From: an uncultured Methanoregulaceae archaeon
Lineage (GTDB): Archaea > Halobacteriota > Methanomicrobia > Methanomicrobiales > Methanospirillaceae
NCBI GenBank assembly: GCA_963733045.1
Contig: CAVTBZ010000003.1
Span: forward strand, 31,223-95,222
Reading direction: 5' to 3'
Length of the DNA stretch: 64,000 nt
The stretch's first letter is position 1. Each line of letters begins with the position of its first letter. The translations under genes were made by a program, and so were the position numbers. Shown piece after piece: positions 1 through 11,397 of this stretch. The notes beneath the pieces were generated by a model. That model searched no databases, was not told the DNA's origin, and saw only the letters and a program-made list of their open reading frames with translations.

Positions 1-1298
1 GCATGACTCATCAGGTCCTGCGATGTACTGGCAATTTCTTCGATAGATGCGGAGAGATCGGATACCTCTTTTCCAACCTTTTCTATCTCTACAAGTTGCT
101 TTTTTGCTCCGTCAGCTGATTTCTGCGTCCCTATTGCAACCTGTTCGGTTGATTTGGAGATTTCCGTTGTGCCCCGGCTGGTATCGTGTGTTGTGACCTC
201 AATTTGTTTCACCGATTTTTCCAGCTCTTCTATGACTTTTTTAATGGAATCGACAGAAACATTGTAGTCCTTTTTCAGCTTGATTAACGGATCTCCGTCA
301 GCGATGGGAAGCTCGGGTTGTGAGATCCCCTTTTGCAATCCTTTCGAGTCCGCTTTCCAGCACAGCAGCACTCAACGAAAGTGCTTCTGTTCTCTTTTTG
401 GATTCTTCCATCAGCTGGTTGATCTCTTTTTCTTTTTTAATCCGGTCTGTGATATTGTTGAACACGATGAGCAGGCTTTCGACATGATCTTCCGCATCAA
501 GAAGAGGTATGTAATACCATTCGAGTACGAAGGTTCCGGAGGGGAATTCTATCGTTGACTCCCCCCTGCTGCGTTTTTTGGATTTTATTGTTCCTTCGAC
601 CGTTTCGCCCTTGTTTTTAAGGTACTTAAATTCCTTCATCGACAGGGATGATGCCCTCTCCTTGGAATATCCCGTAAGTTCCAAAAACGCCTGGTTACAG
701 ATTTTCACCGAAAGGTCCAGATCGATCGTGAAAATGGGATATGGATTCTCCCGGATGATCCTGTCGACCTGTTGCTCAACTTCTTTTACCGCTTCTATCT
801 TTTCATGAAGCTCGGTTTGATCGATCCAGATATAGAAAGCCCCGTCCACATCAGCGTTTTTATCCAGGATCGGAATAGCATTCAGGGTCAGGTATTTTTT
901 AATTCCGTCAGGAAAGGTGACAAGACAGCTGGTAATTGAAAGTTTTTTGGTCTCAAAGCAGGCGTAGAAGTGGTCTCCGGAAAGAACAGTAATATTGAAA
1001 TCACTGAGTTCTTTTTTAAGAGTTCTTCACGGGAATCCCGCCAGACCGTTTCATAGGCTTTGTTGATATGTATCCTGGTCTTGTCCTTTCTCAATATGGC
1101 AATCGCCATAGGATTATATTGGATCATCACGTCAGCACGATGTTTTAACTCCTTTGCCACTGCAGCCTTTTCAAGCGTCCTGTTCAGCATCTGTCCTATT
1201 GCTTTTAATTCAGTGTCAAGTTTACTTTCATCAACACGGGCAGCGAAATTCCCTTCACTGGTTTTCCTTAATATATTTTCAATCTCCTTTAATTCCAT
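1..1298 (-). CDS. Soluble methyl-accepting chemotaxis protein (HAMP/PAS), frameshifted, runs off window
   Basis: ORFs 888-1298 and 298-849 have PAS-like segments (NPMAIAIL, NPYPIFTID, IVFNNITDR) and HAMP-like GDLT; 1-290 reads as MCP heptads; no TM helix in the visible part. Confidence 0.8.
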
Positions 1299-2192
1299 CT
1301 CATCACCTCATCTGCGATGGTTTTGTATGCAATCCCGGCACTGCTGCCCGGGGCAAAATGAGAAATCGGCATACCTCGTTTCTGTGCTTCGTATATAACC
1401 GGAGAGTACGGGACGGTGTACACGCTTGGAAACCTATGCTTGATCTCATTGAGCGTGACAAGCAACCGCGTCTGTTCTTCTTTACGCTCTTCTTCAGCTT
1501 TCAGGCTTTCAGGAGATGCTTCAGGTGGTTTGTAAAAAATGTTCCGAATCCTGGAAAAAAGATCTGTGCCTTCTTCTGATCCAGGTTGCGGACATGATCG
1601 GATTAACCCCTCGCCCCAGCGGCTGACAATTGCCATTTCCGGATGAATCTCTTTACCCAGACCTTCTTTAATGTCAGAGAATATTGTTGTGAGTGTTGTA
1701 ATCCCGTTGAGTGCGAACGATCCCGAATCAAGGGTTACTATGACATGGTCCGCTGCAAAAAGCCCGTTGATAACAAACTGACCTAAACTCGGTGGCGTAT
1801 CAATAAAGATATAAGAATATTTATTTTTAACATTTGCAAGAGCTTGTTTTAATACCCCGGTGGGGAACTCCGCGTGATAGAGATATGGTTCCGCACCGAC
1901 CAGATCAAGGTGCGCAGGTGCCAAATCAATTCCAGAGGCAGTTTTTTTAATAATATCCTGTATTTTGACCGTGGGAAAATCGTCTATACCACTCATGAAC
2001 ACTTGGTACATGGTATTGCCCGAAGCACTGGGGTCGACACCGAGCCCGGCGGTTGCATTCGCCTGAGGATCGCAATCAACAACCAGTACTTTTCTCCCGG
2101 ATTGCTGACAAAAGCCGGCAATATTCAGACAGGAAGTTGTCTTGCCAGTACCACCTTTATGGTGAGAAAAAGTAATGATTGTAATTTTACCA
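1289..2192 (-). CDS. ParA/MinD-family ATPase
   Basis: In frame upstream of ORF 1289-2011: HHKGGTGKTT, VVDCDPQANAT; also IDTPPSLG; start codon appears frameshifted. Confidence 0.88.
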
Positions 2193-2369
2193 CCTGATTC
2201 AAATTAAAAATTAGGTACATATCCTTTAATAAGTATTGTTTACACATGCAAAAATTTATTATTATCCTGATAACCCGGTTGAGGAAACCTGTTTTTCGCA
2301 CAATGTGGCTTCGAGGAGTAAAATGGGGAGTGTGAAGGTTTTTTAATCCTTTCCTGTCCAGTATTGTAT

Positions 2370-3010
2370 GTGGAATCCGGTGACATCATTACCCTCATCG
2401 TGGGCATTGCGATCGTGATCTTCATAGCAGTATTAGCAAATCCTCCCGATCTGATCTGAAAAACCGGTATACCTCCGGAATAGCAGTACAGCCTGCAGGG
2501 ACCGTCACGCAATCCTCTGTTCCTGATATGACAACACTTCCTGGCCCTTCCCCGACTTCCGGCAAAACTTTTGAGGAAACGAACCTGTATCGCATATACT
2601 ATACCGACAAACCCTTCACCTACCCGATATACAGAATGCCGGAAAACATGGAAACCTTTGGAGCATCGGAAATTCCCTGGAAGAACCAAGAGTGGGTGCC
2701 TTTTGCCGTGATTGAGGAGAGCCGGGGAGGTCTGACACAGGTTTTTTCCGTACCTTATCCGGTTTGGGTAATAAACACTACCGTCATTGCAGAATATCAC
2801 CCCCAGTATAGCAACCTGCGATTTGCCCTCTGTTACGCAGATACCGGTGGCATCATTGAAGGTGAAGAAATCCTGAACCAGGGAACTTCATACCGTGTTG
2901 TCCAGACATCAAATACTGATATGTATTTAATTATTGCAACTCAGAATCTCGACCGTTTTCAGATATACCTGGAAACCCCGCGATCATATTTTGATGCGTA
3001 TAATTCCTGA
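2370..3010 (+). CDS. Membrane-anchored hypothetical protein, frameshifted
   Basis: GTG 2370 gives MESGDIITLIVGIAIVIFIAVLANP (TM), continuing into ORF 2528-3010. Confidence 0.6.
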
Positions 3011-3066
3011 TACTTTGGCTGAGTAACAAAAAAAGTGTTTTAATCCACAAAAAATTTTAAAAAATT

Positions 3067-3274
3067 GGCTTTGTAGAAATGTTTTTTAAAAACTTAAACG
3101 CTCAATAGGGGTTTTTCCCCCCGCCGCCTGGCTCCCCCAAATGCGATAACTCCTGAGAATGGTATACAGCACTATCGCGCAGCGCAGGGGCGGTCAGGGG
3201 GGACAGGCACGGTCCCCTCCTTCATATTCTGTGCTTTAATTTTATACTTTGATAAAAATGAATTCTACAGAGCA
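3067..3274 (+). mobile_element. MITE-like repeat family A, copy 1
   Basis: Ends ggctttgtagaa...ttctacagagc; reverse-complement homologue at 22961-23166. Confidence 0.75.
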
Positions 3275-3344
3275 AAAAAATCATTGGAAAATGTCAGAAA
3301 ATCAGTCAAAAACATTGTAGTATAAAGAAATTTTTTTAACCCGG

Positions 3345-4986
3345 TCAGGGTGAAAACTTATACAGTCCCCGGGGAACAAAAATTTCAAAGCGTATTCCTT
3401 TTTCAAAGATACCGTTCTCTTGTATCGAAAGACCGGTAATGGAAAGGATTTCACGGATAAGGAACAATCCATAGCCGGTATTTTTTCCAAAACCCCTTTC
3501 GAAAATCTGCTCTTTGTCCTCATCCGGTACTCCGATTCCATTATCCTTGTAGATAATAGAAAGACCTGAATCACCTTCGTGGAATCCGATATGGATACTG
3601 GTAACCTTTTCTCCATGACGGAGGGAATTATCGATCAGGTTAAAAAAGACTTTTTCGATAAGGAAATCTGTATATATTTCCAGAGTGTTTGGTTCAACAA
3701 TAACTGCTGTCCCGCTCAGATCTATCGTTGTCAGCACTTTTGTAATGGTATCATTAATCCTGTTCCACTGTGGGGGCTGTACTCCGATATTCTGGTAGTC
3801 GCGGGTAAAGGTGATCTGGCGGCGGATGGTTTCAGCAACCTGTTGTTCGATCCGGATAAGTTCTGCCATTTTTTCGTCGTTCTGCATTTTTTTCATAATG
3901 CCAAGATATCCAGTCAGGGTGTTGAGCTGGTTTAGCACATCGTGACGGGTGACGCTGTTGAGCAGGATAATCTGTTTATTTGCCTTTTTTATGGCATCTT
4001 CTGCCCTTTTGCGTTCCGTAATATTCATATCAGCTCCACGGTATCCTGTGAGATTCCCGGATTCATCCAGAATTGGCGAACCGCTTTTTTCAAGGATTAC
4101 TATGCTGCCGTTTTTGTGAATATTCTGGTTGAAAAAATGTTGAAACGGCTCTTTTTGTTCGATTATGGCAAATGCCGATTTTTTCAGATCCTCCCGGACA
4201 TTTGGATCAAAAAGGTCGTAAAAATATTTCTTAAAAACCAGTTCTTCAGGAGAATACCCAAGAATCCTTTCCACCGCATTACTGCTGTAGCGGTACTTGC
4301 CATCCGCATCCACTTCCCAGATCCATTCTTCAGCGTTCTCGGTGACCTGCCTGAACCGGTACTCGCTCTCCCGCAGTGCGTCGTTTGTCTTTACCAGTTC
4401 AGCAGTCCTCTGCCGGACCTGCTCTTCAAGGTCCTGCTGATATTTTTTCATTTCAGTAATATCTTCAAGGATTATAACGACAGCCCGTTCACCTCCTTCA
4501 AAGACAAACGGGATAAATTTCATTCTGAAGAAACGATCTTCTTCAAGGGCATCGAAGTGTACATCAAACGATTGCTCCTGGCCCTCGAGTGCTTTTTCGA
4601 TAGCATCCAGATGTTCCCAGGTAATATAACGGGCAAGGGCAGAGTGTTCAATTTTTTTACCTTTCAGCTCCTCTTTTGATACATGGAAACAGTTGAGAAA
4701 CGGATCATTTAATTCCTGGATAAAAAGATCATTGTCGAGGATAAGGATCAGATCCGTAGCAAGACTTAACAGATTGGGTAACGTCAGCCTGTGGGAGAGA
4801 TAGAATAATTTTGCCGGTCCAAGGTTCCTCATATCTGCCTGACCCGACATAACCAGAGAATTGAGATATTTGGCAGTCTGTTGCCCGGTTGACAATCAGC
4901 TTCTTGGATACTTCTTCAATGGACAAGCCTTTTGGGTTGATCTTCAATAAATCCTTTATCCTTTCCAGCTCGCTTTCCCCTTCCAT
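3345..4986 (-). CDS. PAS-domain sensor histidine kinase with N-terminal HTH-like segment, frameshifted
   Basis: NPKGLSIEEVSKKL N-terminus, two PAS domains, TRHDVLNQL H-box, NLIDNS, DNGIG, GFGKNTGYGL. Confidence 0.88.
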
Positions 4987-5405
4987 GTGATTATAACCCG
5001 ATAGAATTTTATGGTGATTGAATATATAAATTATTATTACTCATCGCTTTTAATAAATAAATCCAATCAACAATAATAATCATCAATATAAGATATGTTT
5101 AAATACTATTAAAAAAAGGAGTAATTACCACAAGTGTTCAGGCCAGAAAAGAGGGGGTATTGTGGTTCCGGATTTTTAAAAGGAAGTGAAGGTGTGAATA
5201 TAAAAGCACAAAACACAGGGATTCATGGAAAAATTTCATCCCGTATTTATTCTGTAAAAAATATTGTGAGGGTTCATTTCACTAGGTTAAGTATTCTTTT
5301 TTGCAAGGATCGGGGAATATCTTGCAATTACGACAATTTCTGCCAGACACGGTTTGGATTTTCAAGGTTTAATTCAGGAATAACGAAGAAGAGGTGGGAC
5401 ATTCC

Positions 5406-5567
5406 ATGATTACAAGGATACCAATGATCACGTTGTGCAGTGGAACAACATACTGGCAAGGGTACAGATTCATGACATTACTTCCCGGAGAGATCATAGT
5501 GCGGGCGCCGGTAAAAGAAATGGTTTTGCCGTGTGCGGATATCCAGAGAATGCAGGTTGCTGGATAA
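5406..5567 (+). CDS. Putative small protein (53 aa)
   Basis: ATG...TAA read manually (MITRIPMITLCSG...), purine-rich gaagaggtgg upstream. Confidence 0.3.
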   Translation: MITRIPMITLCSGTTYWQGYRFMTLLPGEIIVRAPVKEMVLPCADIQRMQVAG

Positions 5568-5582
5568 AAGGGATCGTGCGAT

Positions 5583-5744
5583 ATGCAAACGACTGGCATC
5601 ACGTTTGAAACGGAAGCGAACCGGATGAAATTTACTGATCACGTGTCCTGGACTGATATGGCTTCTGACTGTACCGGTCGCAGATTGAATATCGATGCAG
5701 CACTGGATTATTATCAGGGGTCTATCGTCAGGGAGAATATCTGA
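5583..5744 (+). CDS. Putative small protein (53 aa)
   Basis: MQTTGITFETEANRMKFTDHVSWTD...; tightly packed ahead of the response regulator. Confidence 0.35.
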   Translation: MQTTGITFETEANRMKFTDHVSWTDMASDCTGRRLNIDAALDYYQGSIVRENI

Positions 5745-5767
5745 TCATTTTACCAGGGGAGAGAGAA

Positions 5768-6298
5768 ATGACGTTTAATAATGATATGATTCTGAAAAAA
5801 AACTCATTGGAAATGTTTCTGATTCCTGATACATCTGCAGATACCGTTAATAACCGCCTTATTTCAGTGCTCTATCTTGATGATGACCCCGAACTGATTA
5901 ATCTGATCTGTATGTATCTTGAAAAGACCGGAGAAATGATGGTCGATACATCAGGATCAGTCGAAGAAGCGATGAATAAAATGAGGTATATTTCCTATGA
6001 TGTGATTGTCACCGACTACACCGCCAAAGGAAATAACGGAAACGAGCTCCTGCGAAATGTCCGGGCGAAGGGAGAAAGGATACCCTTTGTGTATTTCGTG
6101 GTGTTCAGGGATACTCAGTATGATGACGAGGCAAAACAGTTCAGGCAGGTTTCAGTCATCGAAAAAATGAGTAATTCCGGTGCGAATTTTTCTAAACTCC
6201 GCCAGGCAATTTTTGATTCAGTGAAGGAGAACAGGATCAATACGATAGTGCATACAAAACAATATGGCGTAAGACCGGATGGGTCGGCGAAATCCTGA
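5768..6298 (+). CDS. Response regulator receiver protein
   Basis: VLYLDDDPEL, YDVIVTDY receiver motifs. Confidence 0.82.
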   Translation: MTFNNDMILKKNSLEMFLIPDTSADTVNNRLISVLYLDDDPELINLICMYLEKTGEMMVDTSGSVEEAMNKMRYISYDVIVTDYTAKGNNGNELLRNVRAKGERIPFVYFVVFRDTQYDDEAKQFRQVSVIEKMSNSGANFSKLRQAIFDSVKENRINTIVHTKQYGVRPDGSAKS

Positions 6299-6504
6299 TC
6301 CCGTTTCTCTATGGCGATGATAATCTCTGTCTTCCAGAGATCACAAAAGTATTTCTGGAATCGCAAAAATGAATTTTGAAGTATCTTAAGCATCCTCAAT
6401 AATGGCAGGATGCAGGTGGTAGTGTTTCGGTTCAGGATATCCCTCAGGTAGTATCCCGGATTCTAAAAAGTGAAAGATGCTTTAAAATTTTTTTGAGAGT
6501 CCTT

Positions 6505-6716
6505 TTTTTTAATAATAATACACAACGGACTGTGTGTTTTTGCCAGCGACCAGGGAGCCCGATCCAAATGATATGTATACTTTTTTTTATGATAGCCTCC
6601 CTGATGGGAGGACGGGCTCCAGACCGGGACCCATGAACATCGCCCAGGTGATCCACTTGTAGCGAAGCGTCACTCCTGTCATTTTTTACGATTTTTCAAA
6701 AGTGGACTGTGTGTAA
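6505..6716 (+). repeat. Short diverged copy of structured repeat family B
   Basis: taatacac left end, gatagcctccctgatgggaggacgggc and ccaggtg...agcgaagcg shared with the 33.9 kb and 50.3 kb copies. Confidence 0.5.
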
Positions 6717-6944
6717 AAAAAAAAGATTTTTTATAACCTCCCTGATACTATCATTTGACTCCGTAGTCATAGAACGCATCTCAAGTCTGTGAACGGGAAG
6801 GTTGGCTTTTAAAAATATCCGTCAACTTTGGGAAGTGTTTACTCTATTCATGTTCATTTACGATCAGGAACGTAGAGACAGACTGCGCCTCACATGCCAG
6901 AACCTGTCATACCTTTTAATATCTTAACATGCTATTTTTCCTGT

Positions 6945-8147
6945 ATGCGGGGAGAGAAGCTTTCTGATGCCATTGCCTATAACAAGCTGAACCTCTTGAA
7001 AAAGGATTTTTTTGGCTATATTGAACGCAATACAGAAAAAGTCGATGCGAACCTTCCGGTTTTTTACGGACATGTGATCTCTACACTCGAGAATTCATTT
7101 CCCGACATTCCCGATGAATCGTATGATGATTTTGTTGATTATATCACGTTTGAAGTGCTGGACGCAAGCAAGAACGGCGGTGATTTTGAATATATCCGGA
7201 AGGTCATCCAGAATGCCATTCGTTTTAAAAAGAAAAAAGATGCAGAAGCCGGTGTCAATATTGTCGTTGGACTCAAATTATTAAAAGTCGGGGACTATCC
7301 TCATGCCATTGAATATCTGAAAAACTATCGTAATCTGGATGCCAAGATTGGCACAGCGCTGGCACACTGTTATTATGCTCTTTCCCTGCGAGAGTTCCGG
7401 AGTGACAATGAGTCTGCCGAAAACCAGCGCCCCGGTGAGATGGAACTTCTCGCACGCGAAACCCTGCTGAATATCGCTCAAAATTCAACACCCATAAACA
7501 GGCTGAAACAGCTGGAGCTGGAAGACCCGTCATTTCTTGAGAAATTTTTCTGGCAGATGATTTTTTTGGGTCTCGAATGGTTCCCCAGTGAGAGATGGTT
7601 TATAGAAATCGGGTTAGAAAACGCGGCTCTTGCCAATGATACCGAGATGAGAAAGCGGTTGCTGGATATAAGTTCAGAGCGATTTTATAATGATTTTCAT
7701 TTCCTGCGTGTGATGTACTATTATTACCTTGATAACCGGGATGCTGGTGGTGCTGCAGGTGTACTCAACCACCTTATCAGGCAGTATCCTGATAATCTTG
7801 AACCTATTTATCTCGGGCTCAGATTCTCCCTCCTGACGAAAAAAAAGATCACCTATCATAGCTTCAGGAAACTGGCCAGCACAAAAGGGATGCCTGATTA
7901 CATACTATCCCTTTTTGATATTGCTTTTGATCTTCTCAACAAGGAAAAAACAGATGCATTACGTGGTATTGCAGACCTCGAAAAAGAATTTCCCCATTTA
8001 CAATACTACGCGACCACAATCAGGTATATTGCAGGCGATTTCTTTTCGAGTGATGAGATGCAGAAAAAAAAGGCTCGAAAGGCGCTTCTGGATTCTATCG
8101 ACCAGTATTGCCTTGAAGACCTTAAAAAGAAAGGCAATCCATCATAA
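6945..8147 (+). CDS. Helical-repeat (TPR-like) hypothetical protein
   Basis: ~400-aa ORF with TPR-like patterns (GDYPHAIEYL, LIRQYPDNLEPIY). Confidence 0.7.
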   Translation: MRGEKLSDAIAYNKLNLLKKDFFGYIERNTEKVDANLPVFYGHVISTLENSFPDIPDESYDDFVDYITFEVLDASKNGGDFEYIRKVIQNAIRFKKKKDAEAGVNIVVGLKLLKVGDYPHAIEYLKNYRNLDAKIGTALAHCYYALSLREFRSDNESAENQRPGEMELLARETLLNIAQNSTPINRLKQLELEDPSFLEKFFWQMIFLGLEWFPSERWFIEIGLENAALANDTEMRKRLLDISSERFYNDFHFLRVMYYYYLDNRDAGGAAGVLNHLIRQYPDNLEPIYLGLRFSLLTKKKITYHSFRKLASTKGMPDYILSLFDIAFDLLNKEKTDALRGIADLEKEFPHLQYYATTIRYIAGDFFSSDEMQKKKARKALLDSIDQYCLEDLKKKGNPS

Positions 8148-8232
8148 TCAGGGAGACAAGCCTCGGGAGTGTATTAATTTTAATACTCGCTCTTAAAAGC
8201 ACGCACATGGGGAAACGTCCTGTCGAGATTAT

Positions 8233-8281
8233 CGGTGGAGGTTTCCGGTAATGGCAACCGTGGAAACCCCCGCAAAAAAAA
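8233..8281. terminator. Hairpin plus A-tract between convergent genes
   Basis: ggaggtttccggt...accgtggaaacccc followed by an A run (T run on minus strand, downstream of cheD). Confidence 0.4.
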
Positions 8282-8310
8282 TGATATGAACCTGATATTT
8301 CTGCTAGTGT

Positions 8311-8823
8311 TCAGAGATCGGTTGTAGTCCCGTCTGCCCTGCGGATGGATACCTTGCCATCACTGGATGGCAGGAATGTGACAGATCGGCCAACCTTCCC
8401 TCCCACATCCTCGGCTGCGAGACAGATGTGGTGCTCTTTTAACAGCTTCCTGACCTTTTCAGCATTTCTCTCACCAATATTGAGATTCGTTCCGAAATAT
8501 TCAAACATACATGCCCCGCCGGCAATCTTTGCCGTGATGGACCGTGATTTACACCCAAGGGCAAGGAGTTCTTTTACCAGCAGCGGAACTGCAGTATCCG
8601 CGTACTTTCCCGGTCGATCACTTCTGCCGGAACTTTCCGGAAGCATGATGTGCACCATTGCACCCAGTTTCAGATTTGGATCATACATGGTCAGCCCGAT
8701 ACAGGAACCCAGACCGATGGTCATCATCGGGAAGGAACCGATACTGTACTCACCTATTCCTATCATGGAAATCAGTTCATTCCGTGTGGGTGGGTCGGGC
8801 ATAACATGCACAGCCTTAATCAA
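8311..8823 (-). CDS. cheD: Chemoreceptor glutamine deamidase CheD
   Basis: GLGSCIG, HIMLP, KYADTA, AKIAGGA, NIGERN. Confidence 0.95.
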   Translation of the reverse strand: MIKAVHVMPDPPTRNELISMIGIGEYSIGSFPMMTIGLGSCIGLTMYDPNLKLGAMVHIMLPESSGRSDRPGKYADTAVPLLVKELLALGCKSRSITAKIAGGACMFEYFGTNLNIGERNAEKVRKLLKEHHICLAAEDVGGKVGRSVTFLPSSDGKVSIRRADGTTTDL

Positions 8824-9431
8824 CTGGTCTTCATCATATTTTCAAGGAGGGTAATGATCCTTTCAAGTGTGCTTCTCTCCGGCATCATAATGATATCACT
8901 ATCAATTTTGTACTCTGCGCAGACAAGTTCGGTAGAGAACAGTAATACCTCATTGGTTTCTTCCTGCATCTGTGCAATGAGAGACTGCATGGCCGCGTGC
9001 GCCATATCGATAGTCAGGGCCGGGGGTGATGGAAGCATCACAAAACCGAGAAGTTCTGCGGTGGCGTCAAGAAATGCCGATACCATGATATTACCCACTT
9101 CGAGCAGTGCACTCTCGTCCATTTCACTGAGCGGGCGGTTGGTCTCCGTAATTCCGAGCATTGTGTTCGTCATGCGGATTGCGGATTCCCGCGTGATGTA
9201 AAAGAGAATATATCCTCCGTGGGGTATATCGCCCTGGAGCTCAAACACTACCATTGCCGCCGACTCTTCACCCATGTAATTTCCCAGCTGAGCGAGATCT
9301 ACTATTTTAATTGCGGGAACGCTCATCTCAATTGTGCTTCCCAGCATCAGTGAAAGGGTGGTTGCTGCATGTGCAGCTCCGATATTTCCCAGTTCCTGAA
9401 TTGCATCTGCCTGGATTGTTGATAATTTCAT
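8820..9431 (-). CDS. cheC: CheY-P phosphatase CheC
   Basis: ELGNIGAAHAATTLS and EVGNIMVSAF. Confidence 0.93.
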   Translation of the reverse strand: MKLSTIQADAIQELGNIGAAHAATTLSLMLGSTIEMSVPAIKIVDLAQLGNYMGEESAAMVVFELQGDIPHGGYILFYITRESAIRMTNTMLGITETNRPLSEMDESALLEVGNIMVSAFLDATAELLGFVMLPSPPALTIDMAHAAMQSLIAQMQEETNEVLLFSTELVCAEYKIDSDIIMMPERSTLERIITLLENMMKTS

Positions 9432-9440
9432 GATATTCTC

Positions 9441-11397
9441 CTATACTATGGTGTTTACATCAATAACCGGAATGACCCCGCCATCTCCGAGAATGGTCAC
9501 ACCGCTCACGCCACGGGTTTTCCCGATAAACCCGCTCAGTGGTTTCACGACCACTTCCTGCTTGCCTTCAACAACATCCACCGGAATACAGCACTTCCGC
9601 TTCTGGTATTGCACAACTATGAGGACCTCACAATTTTTTGATTCTCCTGACATCTCGTTCAGCCAGAGGAGCTGGAGCACCTCATCGCGCAGGAGGATTG
9701 CTTCACCTTTTCCTATCTGGTGGGTTTCATCTTTTTTAAAATTCGCAACTTCCACAATACTGCTGATGGGGATGCCAAACCGTTTGTTATTGATTCTCAC
9801 AATCATTACATCAACAATAGCCATCGTCGGTGGGAGTAGCAGTTCAAACCTGCTTCCTTTATTGGGGGTTGTTTCAACCCGGATAGTGACCTTTCAGCGC
9901 TTCGATGGATCTCCTGACTACATCAAGACCGACTCCCCTGCCACTGATATCAGATATTTTATCGGCCGTGGAGAAACCTGGCTGAAACAACAGGTCAATT
10001 GCCTGTTCGGTAGTGAATGTTTCAGCCATTTCAGCAGTAACAAGGCCCCTTTCAATACCTTTTGCCTTGACTTTATCGACATTGATGCCGGCACCGTCAT
10101 CGATAAGTTCTATGATTACATTATCCCGGTCACGGTGTGCAGCGAGTCTGACAAACCCTTTGCGCGGTTTTCCGGCTTTTTCCCGTACTTCGGGAGATTC
10201 AATGCCGTGATTTACTGCATTCCTGATAAGGTGAAGAAGCGGATCGTTGAGCCCGTCCATTACGCTCCGGTCTAGTTCAGTTTCTCCCCCTTCAATGAAA
10301 AAATCGACTTCTTTACCGTCATACTGGGCAACATCGCGGACAACCCGTGGCAGCCGGTTAAAGATTTGATTTAAGGGGATCATCCTGATATTCATCATCA
10401 GGTTCTGGAGATCGGAGACTGACCGGTCGACCATTCCGATGGCTTCATCCATCTCCTTGATCTTGTGCTTTTCGGCAATCTGTTTCAGTCTGCCCCGGTT
10501 TATGACGAGATCTTCAACCAGATTCATGATGTGGTCAAGCTGATGGATGTCTACCCGCAGATTTTTGATCTCACGGGTTTTATCTGGTATAAGGGACTGC
10601 TTTTTATCGGTTTCCGGCTTTTTTGTATCTTCGGAACCCTCCACCGCTGGTAAGGATGCTGGCCTTTTCACCGGACAGATTATAACTTCGGTGATCTCGG
10701 TTCCGGAAGCAGCAGTTTTTAACGCCTCTTCACCGGCATCACTTGCGATGATAAGCTCAAGCCGGCCCTCAAACTTTCCCTCCTCAATTGCTTCCATGGT
10801 CGGGTTAACGGAATGAATAGTTCCCACGGATTTTAAATTTCCCAGGGCAAGCATGGCACGTACATCTTTCATTATGCATTCACTTGCAACGGTGATTTGC
10901 ATCTCGTATTCCACGCAATTCTCTGCATCAGTACCCGATATATCCCCAGAAGCCTGTGGGACTTCTGCCGGAATGACCGGCATTTCAGTCGTTTTTGCTT
11001 TCGGTGTGCCGCCGCATTGTTCAATCCATTCTTTGAGGGCAGTAACCTGTTCATCCGGGTTTTTGGACGAAGAATCTCCACCCGCTTCAATTTCATCCAG
11101 CATCTGCTCGATGAGATCGGAGCATGAAAGGAGCAGGTTGACCAGTTCCGGTGAAATTTCTGCAGTGCCGCTGCGGATGAGCTGGAAGACATCTTCCATT
11201 GAATGACAGAGATGCTCCATATTGGAAAAGCCCATTGACGCAGATGCCCCTTTCAGGGTATGGATAGAACGGAAGATTTCATCTATGGCATTCTGGTATG
11301 AGCCCAGTTCAAGGAGCAGGAGGTTTTTGACCAGATTTTCATGGTTTTCCCGGGATTCTGCAACAAACAACCCGCGATATGCCTCAAATTCTGACAT
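9441..11397 (-). CDS. cheA: Chemotaxis histidine kinase CheA, frameshifted near 9880
   Basis: Hpt HTLKGASA, P2, HLIRNAVNHG, GFSTA, SGRGVGLDVV; CheW-like P5 domain in ORF 9441-9824. Confidence 0.95.

Noticed and set aside
9430-10275. 281-aa plus-strand ORF
   Set aside because: Antisense shadow of cheA
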